From: Podarcis liolepis
Taxonomy: Eukaryota
Length of the DNA stretch: 64,000 bases
Assembly: GCA_965112155.1 (NCBI GenBank)
Contig: OZ218098.1
Strand: one strand, 5' to 3'
Positions 38,066-51,777 of the stretch are shown piece after piece; position 1 is the stretch's first letter, and every line of letters begins with the position of its first letter. The translations under genes were made by a program, and so were the position numbers. The notes beneath the pieces are model-generated. The model did no database searches. It had not been told where the DNA came from and saw only the letters and a list, made by a program, of their open reading frames with translations.

Positions 38066-39064
38066 GTACAAATACTGCTCCTGTAGGCATGCATGAGGCT
38101 GTGCGGTTAAGGAATTTAACAGTGTGCGCTTGTGCACATATGTGTGTGCATACAACACATCAGAAAAGGCAAATGGGTCACACATACATCCATGAAAAAA
38201 ATGGATGCGTTAGAAGGGAATAAATGTGAACACTGATAAAAGACTTGTGCTACCTTTGAAGCCTTATATTATCGTTAATTATCTCTGAGATTCACTTGAA
38301 TATCTGGATTGCACCTGACAGGCTGCAAATTTACATCAAAGTTTTTTTGAAGATGAAATGAAGAATCCAGGTCTTTCTGTCCAAGGTGCCATGCCTGCCC
38401 CCAACTTGTCAGGATGAAGAGATATGGTTCACAGTTGAACGGAGACAATTTATATGACAGGAAATCCAAAGTCAAATGTCACTGTCACTCTATATAAATA
38501 TTCAGCAAGTGTGCAGTCCCTCATAGGCAAGCTGTTGTTTTCTATTTTGGGGGCTGGGTTAGCTTCATATCTCTTAATAAAAACAACCTAGAAGGGAAGC
38601 TGGATTAATGTTTCCAAAGGGCTCATTATGACACTTCCACATTATTTCCCCAGGTAGGAATGCAGAAGTGTTGTTGTTTTTTAAATTAAAAAATGATAAA
38701 GTAAGCCATGGATTAAATGGTCATCAGGAGATGTTTTAAATTGCTGTTGTGAAAACTGTCTAGAAGCATGAAATTTCATAATCCTCCTAACTTCCAGTTT
38801 AAGGAGGCTGTTCCCAAAGCCACTGAACCAATGTTCAGTCTTACTTCTGGGTCAAAGGTGATGATGCAAAATGGTGATATTGCAGAAACAGTTACTGGAA
38901 ATTGGTGTGACATGTCATCATACAGAATGATTTCTTTGTCTCAGTCTGCTATTTTAGTTGTGTTTCCTGTATTGCAGGGGGTTGGAGTAGATAACCATTG
39001 TGGTTCCTTCCAACTATACAGTTCTGTGATTTTCACATACATAGAAGGGAGGACAAAGGAAATA

Positions 39065-39289
39065 CAGTGGTCCCTTGGTTTTCGAGCATCTTGGAAGCTG
39101 AACGTTTCGGTTTTCAAACTCTGAAAACCCAGAAGTAAATGTGTCCGTTTTTGAACGCGCCTTAGAAGTCAAGCGGCTTCTGCTGTGTTTACATGATATT
39201 TTGTTCAGTTTTTTGCAGACTGTCCTTTGCGCCTCAGTTTTTGAACAGTCTTTCAGAACAGATTACGTTTGAAAACTGAGGTACCACTG
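39065..39289. mobile_element. Tc1/mariner-type MITE (different interior)
   Basis: TA|cagtggtcccttggttttc...gaaaactgaggtaccactg|TA. Confidence 0.85.
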
Positions 39290-40113
39290 TACTAAGAAGC
39301 AGTAGACATAAGTCTGCAACTGTCCCCCACCCAGTTCATTAAAGCTTCTTATCCCCTGCAGCTGTTCTTCTGAAATTTAACATACTACTTTCCTAGGGGT
39401 CCTTCTTGACGTGTGCCATTTTCATACATAAAAGTAGTTCCCAAAAAACCACCCCAAACTAAATCATGTGGCTGGTATACAAGCTTGCTTAAGAAACATG
39501 CATTACCTCAGTGTGAGCTGTGCAATCTTGCACTATTGCAGAATTTGGGATAGTTTCATCTTATCTCCTCAATCCATACATTGCTGTTGGAGGCGCTATC
39601 AGTTCAGAGAGGCATTAGGCTGAATTTCAACTAGAAGAGACTCTTCAGCACTTGGACAGCTCCCTGTATTTTGCACATCGCTTGCCTCCTTCAAAGCCTC
39701 ACGGCAACGCTGGTTACACTTTGATGTACTGCGTGTGTTAGCATATGTGGAGAACCTTTCCAGCTACAAACAGGGGGCTTTGGGGAGGTGAAAGTTTCGC
39801 TTCTTGCTGCCACTGGTCACTATTATCTCTCTCAAGATGTCAGAGAGGGCCAGAAGCATTGCCTGAACCTCTGATTGGCTTTGTAATTATGCCACACAGC
39901 CAATGATATTTGGGTAACTGATGATGTCAAACACCATAACAGAGTTAGAACAGCATTCCCTACCCTCACTCTGGCATTCTGTGGGCCATAATAGAGACAA
40001 AATGATACCAAGTAGCAGAAGGGAGTGTGCTAACTACCAATTGTGAGTAGGGAAGAACCTTCACCTCCTGTTCACAGCCTTATTAGTTTATTTCAATGAT
40101 TTCTACCCCACGT

Positions 40114-40492
40114 AAAGGTAAAGAGACCCCTGACAGTTAAGTCCAGTTGCAAACCACTCTGGGGTTGTGGCGCTCATCTTGGTTTATAGGCTGAGGGAGC
40201 CAGCGTTTGTCCGCAGACAGTTTTTCCGGGTCATGTGGCCAGCATGACTAAGCTGCTTCTGGCACAAGGGAACACCGACACCAGAGCAGCGCATGAAAAT
40301 GCCGTTTACCTTCCTGCCAGAGTGGTACCTACTAATCTACTTGCACTTTTGGGCGTGCTTTCAAACTGCTAGGTTGGCAGGAGCTGGGACCGAGTAACAG
40401 GAGCTCACCCCGTCACGGGGATTCCAACCGCCGACCTTTTGATCAGCAAGCCCAATCCTCAGTGGTTTAGACCACAGCGCCACCCGCGTCCC
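40114..40492 (-). mobile_element. Sauria SINE
   Basis: Reverse-complement head and tail; TSD tctaccccacgt/tctacctcacat (10/12). Confidence 0.92.
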
Positions 40493-41798
40493 TCTACCTC
40501 ACATACGCACTCCAAAAGGCTCTCAAGCATGGGCGCCTGCAGTGCATTTTCCCAGTATAGTTGCTTTATAATCAGAATAGCATGCTTCAGTTTCCTGACC
40601 CTTTCAAAAACCTTGGCTTAATAGGGTGTTGTTGTTGTTTTAAAAAAATTATTCAAAACAATCCTATATAATCCTTCATTAAAAATTCCAGAACAGTTCA
40701 CTACAATATAAACACTTTCTCAGTAAAATCAGTATGTTAAGATATAGACTACCAATGGCTTCTAATCATGATGGCTACATGAATACCTGTTACTGTGGAC
40801 CATGAGCGGGAGAAGGTTGTTACACTCATGTCATACTTATTACTTCCCCATAGGCATCTCGCTGCCCACTGTGACAGCAGAATGCTGGACTAGGCAGCCT
40901 TTGGTTTGATCCAGCAGGGCTCTTCTTATTTAGAAGTTTCTGAAACACCTTCAGTATTAGCTCCACATAGATGCCATGCAGAATCCCACCCTGGAGTCAC
41001 TTACCACAGCGTGAATAATTGAGTCTAGGTCTAGCTCATCCGATGGTGTTGGTAGACCACTCCCTCCTGGGCTAGAACACTGGATCTAGCACCCATAAGT
41101 TGAAAACCTGCTGTTTTCAGTGGAGTGATACCCCATATAAAATAGGGTATATACAGTATCCCCAATCAAAATAGGTTAAATTTTCCAATCCCAGTATGAA
41201 TATTCATGTCAGTCTTGCCCAGTTCTTCCTTTTAGACATTTTTATGGGCAATGTTAAGGTTGGATACCATATTATCTGTTGGTTTCTAGTTTTTTCTTTT
41301 CTTTTTTAGAACAGTTGGGTTGTTGTTTGAAATAGTATACTTTATTGTACATTTAGCTGTTCAATCAGCAAGAGGTGTTTATCCCCTTCTGAATCTACTT
41401 TTGATTTGGGTTAGATGTGTTTGCTTTTTGCTATAACGTAAGAGGCATCTTTGATAAACCTTCAATTGAAACATGTCTCAGAAGTGAAAATACACATTCT
41501 TTAATGTAGAAGATAAAGGTCAAAAGAGGGGGGGATCCCAATTTCTTAGGTGAATTGCACATCCAAAGGGCAGAGTATAGAGAAATTTAATTTTAAAATG
41601 TTTCAGGATGAAAGCTGGTATTTAAAAACGAATAAATACCCTGCATTTTTATGTCACACAGATGTGGGTACCAGGAAAATCTGTAAAAACAGAGGTATAG
41701 AAATAATGCATTAGACTTTAGCCCTATTGAAGTGTTCTAACTCTTCATGTGATGATGGAGAGTGGGGATGAGCAAGATTCTATATCACACAGTGTACC

Positions 41799-42434
41799 TG
41801 TGATGGCCTGGGATTCAGACTCGAATGCTGAACCTGAGGGATCCCAGCCTGCACAAGATTCCCCGCCTCCCAAACCAGCTGAGCTGGGGTTGGGGCATGA
41901 GCCTGAAGGGTCCTCACCTGTGCTGGATCCTCAGGTGCAGGCATCAGCTGAGTCTGCTCTGGCTCCTGAGGTGATGGAGGACCCATTGCCTGCAGGTGCT
42001 CCACTCTCAGCCCCATCAGGGGAAGCTGAGGTTACCTCTGGGTCCGGTAACCCTCCAGCCTCTCCTGAGCTGCAGAGGTTCAGGGCAGAGAGGTGGAGGG
42101 AACTAAGTTCCCGCAGGAGGAGTGCTGGCCTCCAGGCCAGGAAAGGCGAGTCACCAGAGGATCGGGGCCACCCTATGCCTCGGGCAGATAAAAGCTAGCC
42201 AGCCCCAGTCCCAAGTTGCGGGAGGAACATTGTTGGTGGCTAGTTCCTGCCTGAACTCTTTCCTGCCTGAGCTCTTGACCTGCCCTGGCTCCCTGCTTGC
42301 AAGCCTGTTCCTAACTTCACCCGACTCCCTGCCCTGCACCCAGCTTCAGCTACTACGGACTGCCTCCACGTTGCACCTTTGACCACGGACCGGACTTGGA
42401 CCTTGCCTCTCGGGTAACCCACAGGACCAGCACA
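41799..42434 (+). mobile_element. Gypsy-type solo LTR with intact internal ORF
   Basis: TGTG...CACA; perfect TSD gtacc (41794-41798, 42435-42439); open frame 41800-42198; gataaaagc TATA-like box at the ORF end. Confidence 0.9.
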
Positions 42435-42694
42435 GTACCCACATAAGCTGAAATGTCTCTCTACTGCAGTCCATGGGAACTGGGGAAACAGCTTCAATGG
42501 GGAAACAGAGCTAATGTGTTCCTTGTCACTGTCCCTCATTGAAGGGTGGATTGTGCAGCACTTTATAAGGCTACTGCTCAGTTCTGCTGAGATCTATGCT
42601 GCAATGGCTTCCAGACACAAGATAGAGCAGTTGTGGATGAATCCTGGCCTAGATTCCTCCACTTGACTAGAGTTCCCATGGTATTACCCTAGAA

Positions 42695-42832
42695 CAGGAA
42701 TGGGGAACCTTTTTCTCTCCAGATGTTGCTGAACAACAATGCCCATTATCCTTGGCCATTGGCCATGCTTGCTTGGGCTGATGAGAGTTGTAGTTTAGCA
42801 ACATCTAAGGGCCAAAAGGTTCCTCACACCTG
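42695..42832. mobile_element. Palindromic hAT-type MITE
   Basis: caggaatggggaacc...ggttcctcacacctg; flanks ccctagaa/ccctgaag. Confidence 0.75.
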
Positions 42833-43658
42833 CCCTGAAGTCTTCCCATACATGGGCAAGGCCTTTACTGTATGTAAACTGACATGCTTCAGTCTGAACA
42901 TCACATTGCAGCGTAGCTAGCAAGTTGTGTTGGGGAGAGCAATGTTAGTTTCAGGTTTCTCTACTGAAATGTTTTTGATGCAAGCAGCTTCTGCCCTTTC
43001 TTTGTCACACAAAGAACATGAGAAAAGCTCCTTTAGCCCAGAATCCTGTTCCTGTGGTGCCCAGCCAGATGCCTTAGGGAAGCTCACAAGCAGGTCATGG
43101 AGGCTATCATCCTGCCCTACTCATGACTGCTCCTTAGCAGCTGGTAATTTAGAGGCATGGATCACCTCCAAAGCTGGAAGGAGCATAGAGCTGTCATCAT
43201 GACTAGTATCCATTGATATCTTCTATGAATTTGTCTTATCTCCTTTTACAGCCCTTTAAGCTTGTGGTCACTGCATCTCCTGACAGCAAATTCTGTAAGT
43301 TAATTACAAAAGGACTTGATACAAGTATGATAATTTTATAGCATTTTGTTATTTAGAGAAATTATTTGCCACATTTCCCCTACCAAAGTGGTTTACATAT
43401 AAAACATAGTTCAATGCAATGCAATCAATATTATCCAATTATTAAAACCAGATCAGAATGGGAAGGGGGAAGGAGGGGATACAGAGTCAATACTGGAACA
43501 TCAGAACAGGTCAGGAAATTGCCCGCATAAATGAGAACATTTTTAACTTCTGATGGAAACCATCCAGTGTTGGAGATTGCCTGATCTCTCCCAGAATGTC
43601 ATTCTACTTCATAGCTTCACAGTACCCTTAGGCTGGAGGAGTTGACTTGCCCAAGGCC

Positions 43659-43990
43659 ATAGTGAGAGGGTGGGTGGAGGTATTACTCAGAAGGGTGGTG
43701 GGAATGGGTGATTGGCTGATAGGTGTGGTAAACCTGTTGACGACTGTTAACAACTGCAATTGGTCTTACAGGAAAAAGCAAGGGGTGAGATGGCTATCTC
43801 GGTATATATAAGGGTCTGTTGACTTCTGATTCAGTGTATCTGAAGAAGTGTGCATGCACACAAAAGCTCATACCAAGAACTAACTTAGTTGGTCTCTAAG
43901 GTGCTACTGGAAGGAATTTTTTATATCTTTTATTTTATTTGTTATGTTTTGTTTAGACTACGGCAGACCAACATGGCTACTTACCTGTAA
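43659..43990 (+). mobile_element. Penelope-like element 3' fragment with inverted 5' part
   Basis: 43803-43990 shares the pseudo-LTR tctgaagaagtgtgcatgcacac...aaggtgctactgg and tail with 51655-51777; 43659-43797 appears antisense. Confidence 0.75.
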
Positions 43991-44909
43991 TTCATAGTGA
44001 AGTAGGGATTTGAATCCTGCATCTAAATCTAACAACTCATCCATTGTGCCACAGGCTCAGTAGCTCTGTTTAGTAGTCCTGTTCAATTGTTAGCCCTCCT
44101 GTGGTTCAAATCAGGTGAGGGGAGAGCAGGCCTGTGCTTGTTGGCCCATCACCAAGCCCCACTGTCCTACATAAGTTGGTGCTGGGGCCTGATTTCCAGA
44201 CTCTAATGATTATCTTAGGCATGTTCTGGAGCTATTCACATACAGTACTTTGTCATAAGCTTAACATAAAATCTCGACATTGGTGCATAATGTTAATATT
44301 ATTACTCATTCTTCACTGGTGAGATTCATGAGAAATCTTGTTTTGTGTACTAAATTGATAAAGCAATAAAACGTAGCTCTGTTCTGCACTGTGCTTTCCT
44401 ATAGGATTATGTTCTATTGCACCAGAATATAGCTGATTGATTAAAATAATAAAAAAATTGAGAACAAAATGAACAAAATGGTATAGGAAATCCATATATA
44501 ACAACACGTGGTGTGGCTTTTATGAATGACATTTCCAAAAACTTATTAGTAACCAATATTGACAATGCAGCCATGACAATATGCTTTTTATGATCAAATG
44601 CTCCCAGAATAACATGCAGAGTAGATGTGCTGAGTTGGGTTTCCTTATAGTCCATGGATGAATCTAGTAAAACTTCCAGTCCATCAAGCACAGTTTTTGC
44701 TTAATCTGATTTACTGCAAAATACTGAATATAGGGGCCATCTTACTGCTGGATTCTATGGGGCTGTTCCAGACGCTGAAGGTCCAGTAGGATTGGTAGCA
44801 CTTCATTTAAAGAAGTGTCCTGTGCTAGGCAATGGATCAGAGCTTGCTGCTGAAAAGCCATACAATGCCCCTCACTGAAAGAAATCAAGGCAGGGTAATA
44901 TACTAATAT

Positions 44910-45065
44910 CAGAAGCAGCCTTATGCTGAGTCAGACTATTGGACCATCTAGCTCAGTATTGTCTATGTTAACTGACACTGGCTCTCCAGAATTTCAGGCA
45001 GGGATCTCTCCTCCCTCTGCCTGGAGCTGGATTGAACCTGGGAGCAGCAGCATGCAGTGCAGATC
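44910..45065 (-). mobile_element. Squam2-like SINE
   Basis: gagtcagactattggaccatctagctcagtattgtcta and attgaacctggga (B-box complement). Confidence 0.65.
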
Positions 45066-45336
45066 AATTGGCACCCTACACAGTGGCAACTACCCTTCAC
45101 CCTTTATTGGTTTAACTGTTTGCTTTGTCACCCACTCCCACCACCCACTCCTCACATGGCACAACTAAGCTGATATCAGACCAGCAAAGAGAAAAATGCA
45201 GCAGAAAGAGTCAGTTGGCTCCTCTTCAGAGTATGTGGACTTGATTATGATCGACACAGGTACAATCATTCTTCCCTTTCCTCTGTAGAGACATGTTTCT
45301 CCATTTGGACATTCTGTTTGCTATACATAGTCAATC

Positions 45337-45533
45337 CAGGGCCAGCCCGAGACATTTTGGCACCTGAGGAGAACCACAAAATGGCGCTTCCTCCCTGTTA
45401 GGGTAGAGTGGAGTGGAGTGAATGGAGATCTACATCAGAAACAATTAAATATCTACAGTGGGGCCTGCTGCCCCTGTGGATTTTTCCATCTGAGGCGCTC
45501 ACCTTATCTTGCCTCATGGGTGGGCTGGCCCTG
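45337..45533. mobile_element. hAT MITE
   Basis: 12-bp TIR CAGGGCCAGCCC; TSD agtcaatc/agtcaatg. Confidence 0.85.
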
Positions 45534-48451
45534 AGTCAATGTTTTAGGGGTTCAGCTAATGAAAAACAGTGACAGATGGTGGGTGGTGCATCTATCTAGT
45601 GGACTCTGTGTACAGATCATCTGTTGGCTGTATGCAAAAGCTCAGCATGGTATGTTGGCAACGCACACATTTGCCTTTGAATGATGGTACATTTAGCATG
45701 GAAGCTTGATGCAATCAAGTCAGAGTACTCATCCATGTGAGCCGAGTGAGCATTGTACTGCAGTGATCTTCAGCATCAAATATTGATACTTAGATGTAAC
45801 CCAGCTGCCCTTAAATTATTCAGAACTAACAAGCAGCAAACAGAGAAGGAGAAAAGTCAGACACCTTTCGAAATGCCATTTAAATTTGCTTGTGAGGTAT
45901 AAAAGTTGAGAGAAACACAATACTGACTGCTAACTTTTCTTTATCCCCAAAATGAATCATAGTTAAGTATATACCAGTAAATATAATCATAGTTATTTCT
46001 AAAACTCTTTAAAGCAAGAATTTGCTGAAGTGTCAGTGGGTTCTCTGGGGAAGGAAGGAAGATAGAAAGAGGGAGAGGAAGAGAGATTTTATTGGTTTGG
46101 CTTCTGAAGAACTGCAGGCTTCTTATTTCACACCACTGATTGACATTCCCAGGAAACTGGACAAGTATGTGCAGGGAATTTACTAAATGAATATTACAGA
46201 TTGTCATTTTCATGAAAACTTCACCTGAAATTTGACTTGTATCTAAAATTCATATCACACACCCCTCTAATCTATTGGATTTAGGACCAAACCAGACATG
46301 TCTGCTATGGGATCTGGCACTATGTCGTGGTTTTTCTTTAACAAATAGCAGCCCAGGGGTGGGGGACATGGTATAGGAACAGGGCATAGGTTTTATACCC
46401 ACTGTGGTCCTGATCAGAATCCCTCTTTCATGCCTACTGTTTGTAATTGGGGGAGAGCTGGTAAGAAAACAGTGTGTGGTCATTTTTGCATTCAGCTAGC
46501 AGTACAGGAGTGCCATGTTATTATGGGCAAATTCCAATTTAGAATTGCCCACCTTGCACCATCAGCCAAATGGGGAAGTGACCACATGGTTGGCTAGCTG
46601 CATTATCATATCTGAAGACAAGTTCAGTGTTATACTGTATTACTCCCCACTCTGGCTTGTTCTTCTGGTACTGAATCAAGTATGCCAGGCTACTTTGCTA
46701 GGTGAAATTACTGGGTGGGGGGGGGGAGAAAGCGCCAGGCACAGAGTGCAAAACAGCTTTCATGGCTGGTTTCTGGAGTTACTAGTACTCAGAGATGAAT
46801 AGGATGTTGCATCTCCACAGATGACTAAAGTCCAATCCTAAAACAGGATCAAAATTTGACACTTGATGAGTCACTAAAGACTGTTTCAAATTTGTTTAGG
46901 AGCCCCTAGTTATTCTCTGATCATAATAGTAAGGAATGCCTTCATATCTAGTCTTCAAATCTGAGATTACACAATGTACAAGGATTTACTCTGTATGTGA
47001 AGCAGAAGGAGAATGTTTCCTTGTTGGAATGCAGTTAAATCCATGGCAGTCCAATCAACAGAGATATTGCCATGTTATGTTTCAATGTGTTCTGTACCAA
47101 ATCTGCAAAATGCTGATAGTTTCATTGGAGAAGAGCCTTCCCTTCAAATCACAGCTTCCTTCGGTTCGATAATTTGGAAAAGTTTTATCCTGAGTCTCCA
47201 TAAGAGCCCAAAGCTATTTGAGAAGTTTCTTTTAGCTTTGCCAAGTCTGTGCTCCCGAAAGCCAGGCCATTCATTCCGTGGGATTTGGGGGTTTGGGTTG
47301 GGGGTTTTTGTGTGTGCTGCAAATCACTTCCACAGCTGCACAGCAGGATTGGTTAACCATGACGAAGACAAAGTTCCTTAAGAGGCTTACTGTGACTTGG
47401 GATGGCTTCCTCTAAGTCAATTTATACTGGAAGTCATTGCTGCTTTGGGCCTTGGGAGGAAGAGATATCAAAAAAGTGGGGGGGGGGACCTTAAATCTTA
47501 ATGAGAGAAAGTCATGTCTGAGTCGACACATCTTAAGCTTAGCATATTTCCAAAGATTACATTACCCATTTGTCTCAGAAATACCTTTATTCTCCTTGTT
47601 CTGGATTTTGACTTAATTGGAAAATGAAATGTGCACCTTTATCCCGGCTAAACAATGATAGATTGCAAGGAAGTTTCATGCTGCTCAAGACAGCAAAGGT
47701 TAGCTCGCATCTCCAGACACATTGCTCTATTAACTTGAATTGACAAGCAAACGGTGTTTGGTGCTTTTGCGCAACTTGTTCATGGGGCTGAGCTCGGTCT
47801 CTGTGCTGAAATCCAGTTGCAGAAGAGGGAGGCGATCACAGCAAACAGTGACAAGTGCACAAAAGGTGCTCCTGTAACAACTCATCATGGCCAACTACCC
47901 CATGCAACTTCAAATAAGCAGGCTCCTCTGTGTTTGAATAGCCATAATCAGATGGGGGCGTGGATTAAATCCAGCCCCAGGCTTCCCTTCCTGAAAAACT
48001 AATTGGAGCTCTTTCCAACATTCTGACCACAACTACACATCTGCAGTCTCAGAAGTTGGATTGGGCAAGGAACTGTATATGCATACAATTCTGAATGTGT
48101 TTTTCTTCATTCAGCTAGGGATATGTTTACAGTAGGTTGCGTCTGTACAGATATCTGTTCTGCCTGCCTAACCCAATAGAGGTCAGTTGAGGGTAGCATT
48201 GCCCAGGTTGTGGCCAGGACACATGTGATCACCAGCACACAGATGCACACTATGCACACTATGCCAACTCTGGTTGGAGTGGGGCCAGAAGCCTGTGTCA
48301 TCCAGTGACTCACATTTTGTCTCATGATTCTGAGTGTGAGTTCAGATATGTCTACTTGGATCAGGGTACATGTATCAAATGAGTGATGCCCAGTTGAAAT
48401 ATGTGCTGAACAGTCAAGAAAAAATGTTAACAATTCAGTCAAAACGATGTA

Positions 48452-48679
48452 CAGTGGAACCTCGGGTTCCGATATGTACAGGAGGCATGTTTGCAACCCG
48501 CGGTGCACGCGTGGGTCACGATTCGACGCTTCTGCACATGCACAAAGTGTGATTTAGTGCTTCTGTGCATGTGCGAGTGCCAAAACCTGGAAGTAACCCT
48601 TTCTGGTACTTCTGGGTTTGGCACGGTCCATAACCCGAAAACGCGTAACCTGAAGCCTCTGTAACCTGAGGTACCACTG
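48452..48679. mobile_element. Tc1/mariner-type MITE
   Basis: TA|cagtggaacctcgggtt...aacctgaggtaccactg|TA; interior is the inverse of 60860-61111. Confidence 0.88.
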
Positions 48680-50231
48680 TAATTGCTACCCAATAAGAGG
48701 GCAAGGCTAATGCATGTTTCAACACAAAGCATACTGTTGAGGACCATGCAGTTATTCTACAGATATGGTTATAAGAATAATAGAACAAATTAGAAATCAT
48801 TGTGTATCAAGGTATGGTGACATCCTTGTAACTCCAAGATCATGTAAAATAATAGCAATACAATTCCATAAGGTGATGGATCTAGATGTTTTCCTAACAG
48901 GTGAGTTCACAAAGGGTACTGAGTGATTATTGTTTTTATTTTGCTTGGTACATGCAGTATATATATTATAGTTGCACTGGTTGCTGATATGCCAAATAAT
49001 TTTATTAATTTAAAGTAGAGCTCTAAAACTGTGGAAATTTATTTTTCAACCATTGAGTGGGTGGGTATGAAATGAAATCCTCCCAAAGATAATTGGACAT
49101 CTGAGAAGGAGATAAGTTGCCACTTATCTTATTTACCCTCATCATTTGGCCACAGGCTTTCTCTACAGCTTCCTAATGAATGTTTTTTTCTGGAGTGCCT
49201 TGGGGGCAATGTCACATTCCAAGTCATTCCAGGAAGTGTGGCCAAAGGGAAATGGTGGAAGCCTCCCCCCATAGCTTCCTACCAGTTGTGTCTCCTGACA
49301 ACTCCCAGTAAGGTAAACCCTTCCAGAAAATTTCAGAGAAGTTTCCCCTTCCCCAAGGAAGCAGCAGAAAGTTACATCCCATTTTCATAGGGAAATAATA
49401 TTCTGGGGAAATTTGGGGGCAGGACTTTGGCCCAACTTGGTTTAAAGCAGACCATTATTCTATTAAAGGGTTATATTCTTGCAGAGTCACTTTGTGGAGA
49501 CATGTGTCTCAGAACTACTGTGATTAAAGTGTTTATTATGTCTCTTTGGAAAGAGGCTATCCCAGCCATATGCATGTATGAGGTCAGTACTCTCTAATTA
49601 TTATATTTGGGATATATCATCAGTGAACGAAACTAATTTTTTTCATATTTTCATAGCCTAGCCCCACCCCACTAGATCCCTAAAAATTGATTTGAGTCCC
49701 TCATCCCTCTGAGTTCATCCTTGCAAGGGCCTGCATTACTCTGTGAGAAACAACAAGAAAATTTTATTTCTTGTGGCTTTGTTTGGACACTGCTCCACTG
49801 CAGCTATGTTTGCTTCCACCAAGTGCCAAAAACACACGGTGGTTCCAACTGTGTGGTGGAAGCTTTCCACCTGTCCTGTGAGGCAGCGCAGGTGGAGGTT
49901 GGCTTCTTTGTCCAGTAATTGCCATCAACAGTGCTCAACTGACCTTTGTCACTGCAGCTTACTGGTCTAGGCAAAACTCATTCATGTACTCCATTTTCCA
50001 ATTTTCAAAGCATTCTTAACTATTCAAGGGAGATGAGTAAAAGAAATAAAAAGCAGCCAAAGACAAAATAAATATATTCAGTCTAGGGACTGACAGAGCA
50101 GTCTGTTTCCAGTCTTTCTCAGTTTTGCATATGTTCATTCATTAATCCATGGCCTCCCGTTTCTACATTACTGGATGAAGTTTTAAAATGTACCCCAAAA
50201 AATCATATTTAAAGGTAAATATTGCACCCCA

Positions 50232-50462
50232 GTGGGCTGGATTCAGCTAACCTGTTCCGCTAGTGGAAGTGAGCACAAGGACTCCCACTTGCAAAATGGG
50301 GCTTTCCCCCTCTCCTCCGCCTGCCCCCCACTGTGCCTCCCTAAAATCCACTCTGAAAGGTGGGGAGGGCTGAGAGAACAGCATGCAGGGGGGAGGGGAA
50401 ACCAATCCTTCATGCTTGCATTGATGGAATGATCTCCTTGGTGCTACATTGAATTCCACCCA
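50232..50462. mobile_element. Harbinger-like MITE
   Basis: gggctggattcagc...ttgaattccaccc imperfect GGG..CCC TIRs; three homologous copies in the window. Confidence 0.55.
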
Positions 50463-51190
50463 ATGTACACATTTCTGAACATATGTAAACCCAAAATACA
50501 TTTTTAAACACATCACAGTGTGTGTGCTTTGAGCTGATAACTGTATTGCAAAATCTGGAGAAGTGTGAAATATGACGGATAATTAATGACATTCCAATCT
50601 GTGCATTAGTCCAGGAGGTGCAAATTAGGCCAGTTTGCTTTAAAATGCTGACTGAAATGAAAGTTCGCCTTTGTCCCTCATTCTACTTAACTTTACTCTA
50701 GTACGATTCTAAAGTAGATTCAAGAACTCACAAACAAAGCACCATCTGTTTACAGGCAGGATTGCACAGGGCTCATTTGGTGGTTCAAGAGGGAACAAGT
50801 GAAGACAACAACATATTAAATCCACCCCATTGATGTGCTGTATGCATTCCGGTGGAACATGAGTGGCAATTTAGCAGGTGGTTAGCAGGATTTGGTGTGC
50901 CCATCACATATGCTGCGGTGTCTAGGAGACAGACCAATTGTGGTGCTCATCACTGGTCAGGAAAAGAAGAGGAGGTGAGAAACTCTGGGTGCCATTTTCC
51001 CTCTGTGTTCTTGGGAAAGTGCAGGATCTACGTGGCTTGTTCTCTTCCTTATGATGGAGGAAGGAGTTTTGGTGGGTGGGATAGGAGTTTATCCATAAGA
51101 GATTCATCTTCTTCACAGTCCTACTGTCTTTCTTTTAGTGGGCCTCTGAGCTCCATTCCCCAGGTCATATCCCTGAATCTTCCTTTATAG

Positions 51191-51326
51191 CAGGTGTGAG
51201 GAATGTTTGGCCCTCCTGATGTTGTTGAACTACAACTCCCACCATCCCTGGGTATTGGCCATGCTTGTTAGGGCTAATGGAGCTTGTAGTTCAACAACAT
51301 TGTACCACTAAGGTTCCTCTCACCTG
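51191..51326. mobile_element. Palindromic hAT-type MITE
   Basis: caggtgtgagg...cctctcacctg; TSD ctttatag/ctttatac. Confidence 0.8.
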
Positions 51327-51562
51327 CTTTATACTGTATTATCCAGTCTCCTGTCTCCCTGTATCTAGGTCTCTCATTTTCTCCCTTGGGTCCCTCTGAT
51401 CCTTTTCCTGACCAATCTTATATATCTATCGCTTGGTTTCAGTGGTGAAGAGTGAACTCCTTTATCTGTCTGTCTCAGGACAAACTCATAAACAAAGTGT
51501 ACTGCCCTAGATGGGAATTGTTAAAAAACCCACATACCTTAAGTAATATAAGAACCTTAGAT

Positions 51563-51777
51563 AAAATAAAAAATTCCTTCCAGTAGCACCTTAAAGACCA
51601 ACTAAGTTAGTTCTTGGTATGAGCTTTCATGTGCATGCACACTTCTTCAGGTATCTGAAGAAGTGTGCATGCACACGAAAGCTCATACCAAGAACTAACT
51701 TAGTTGGTCTTTAAGGTGCTACTGGAAGGAATTTTTTATTTTGACTATGGCAGACCAACACGGCTACCTATCTGTAA
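51563..51777 (+). mobile_element. Penelope-like inverted pseudo-LTR pair with 3' tail
   Basis: 88-bp inverted arms (51563-51650, 51655-51742; 1 mismatch), 35-nt unpaired tail, 14-bp TSD cttagataaaataa (51556-51569, 51778-51791). Confidence 0.88.
51650..51689 (+). ncRNA. Minimal type I hammerhead ribozyme motif (Penelope-associated)
   Basis: GGUAU-CUGAAGA-A-GUGUGC(AU)GCACAC-GAAA-GC-UC^AUACC: helix I GGUAU/AUACC, helix II, conserved core, loopless palindromic helix III AGCU. Confidence 0.72.
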
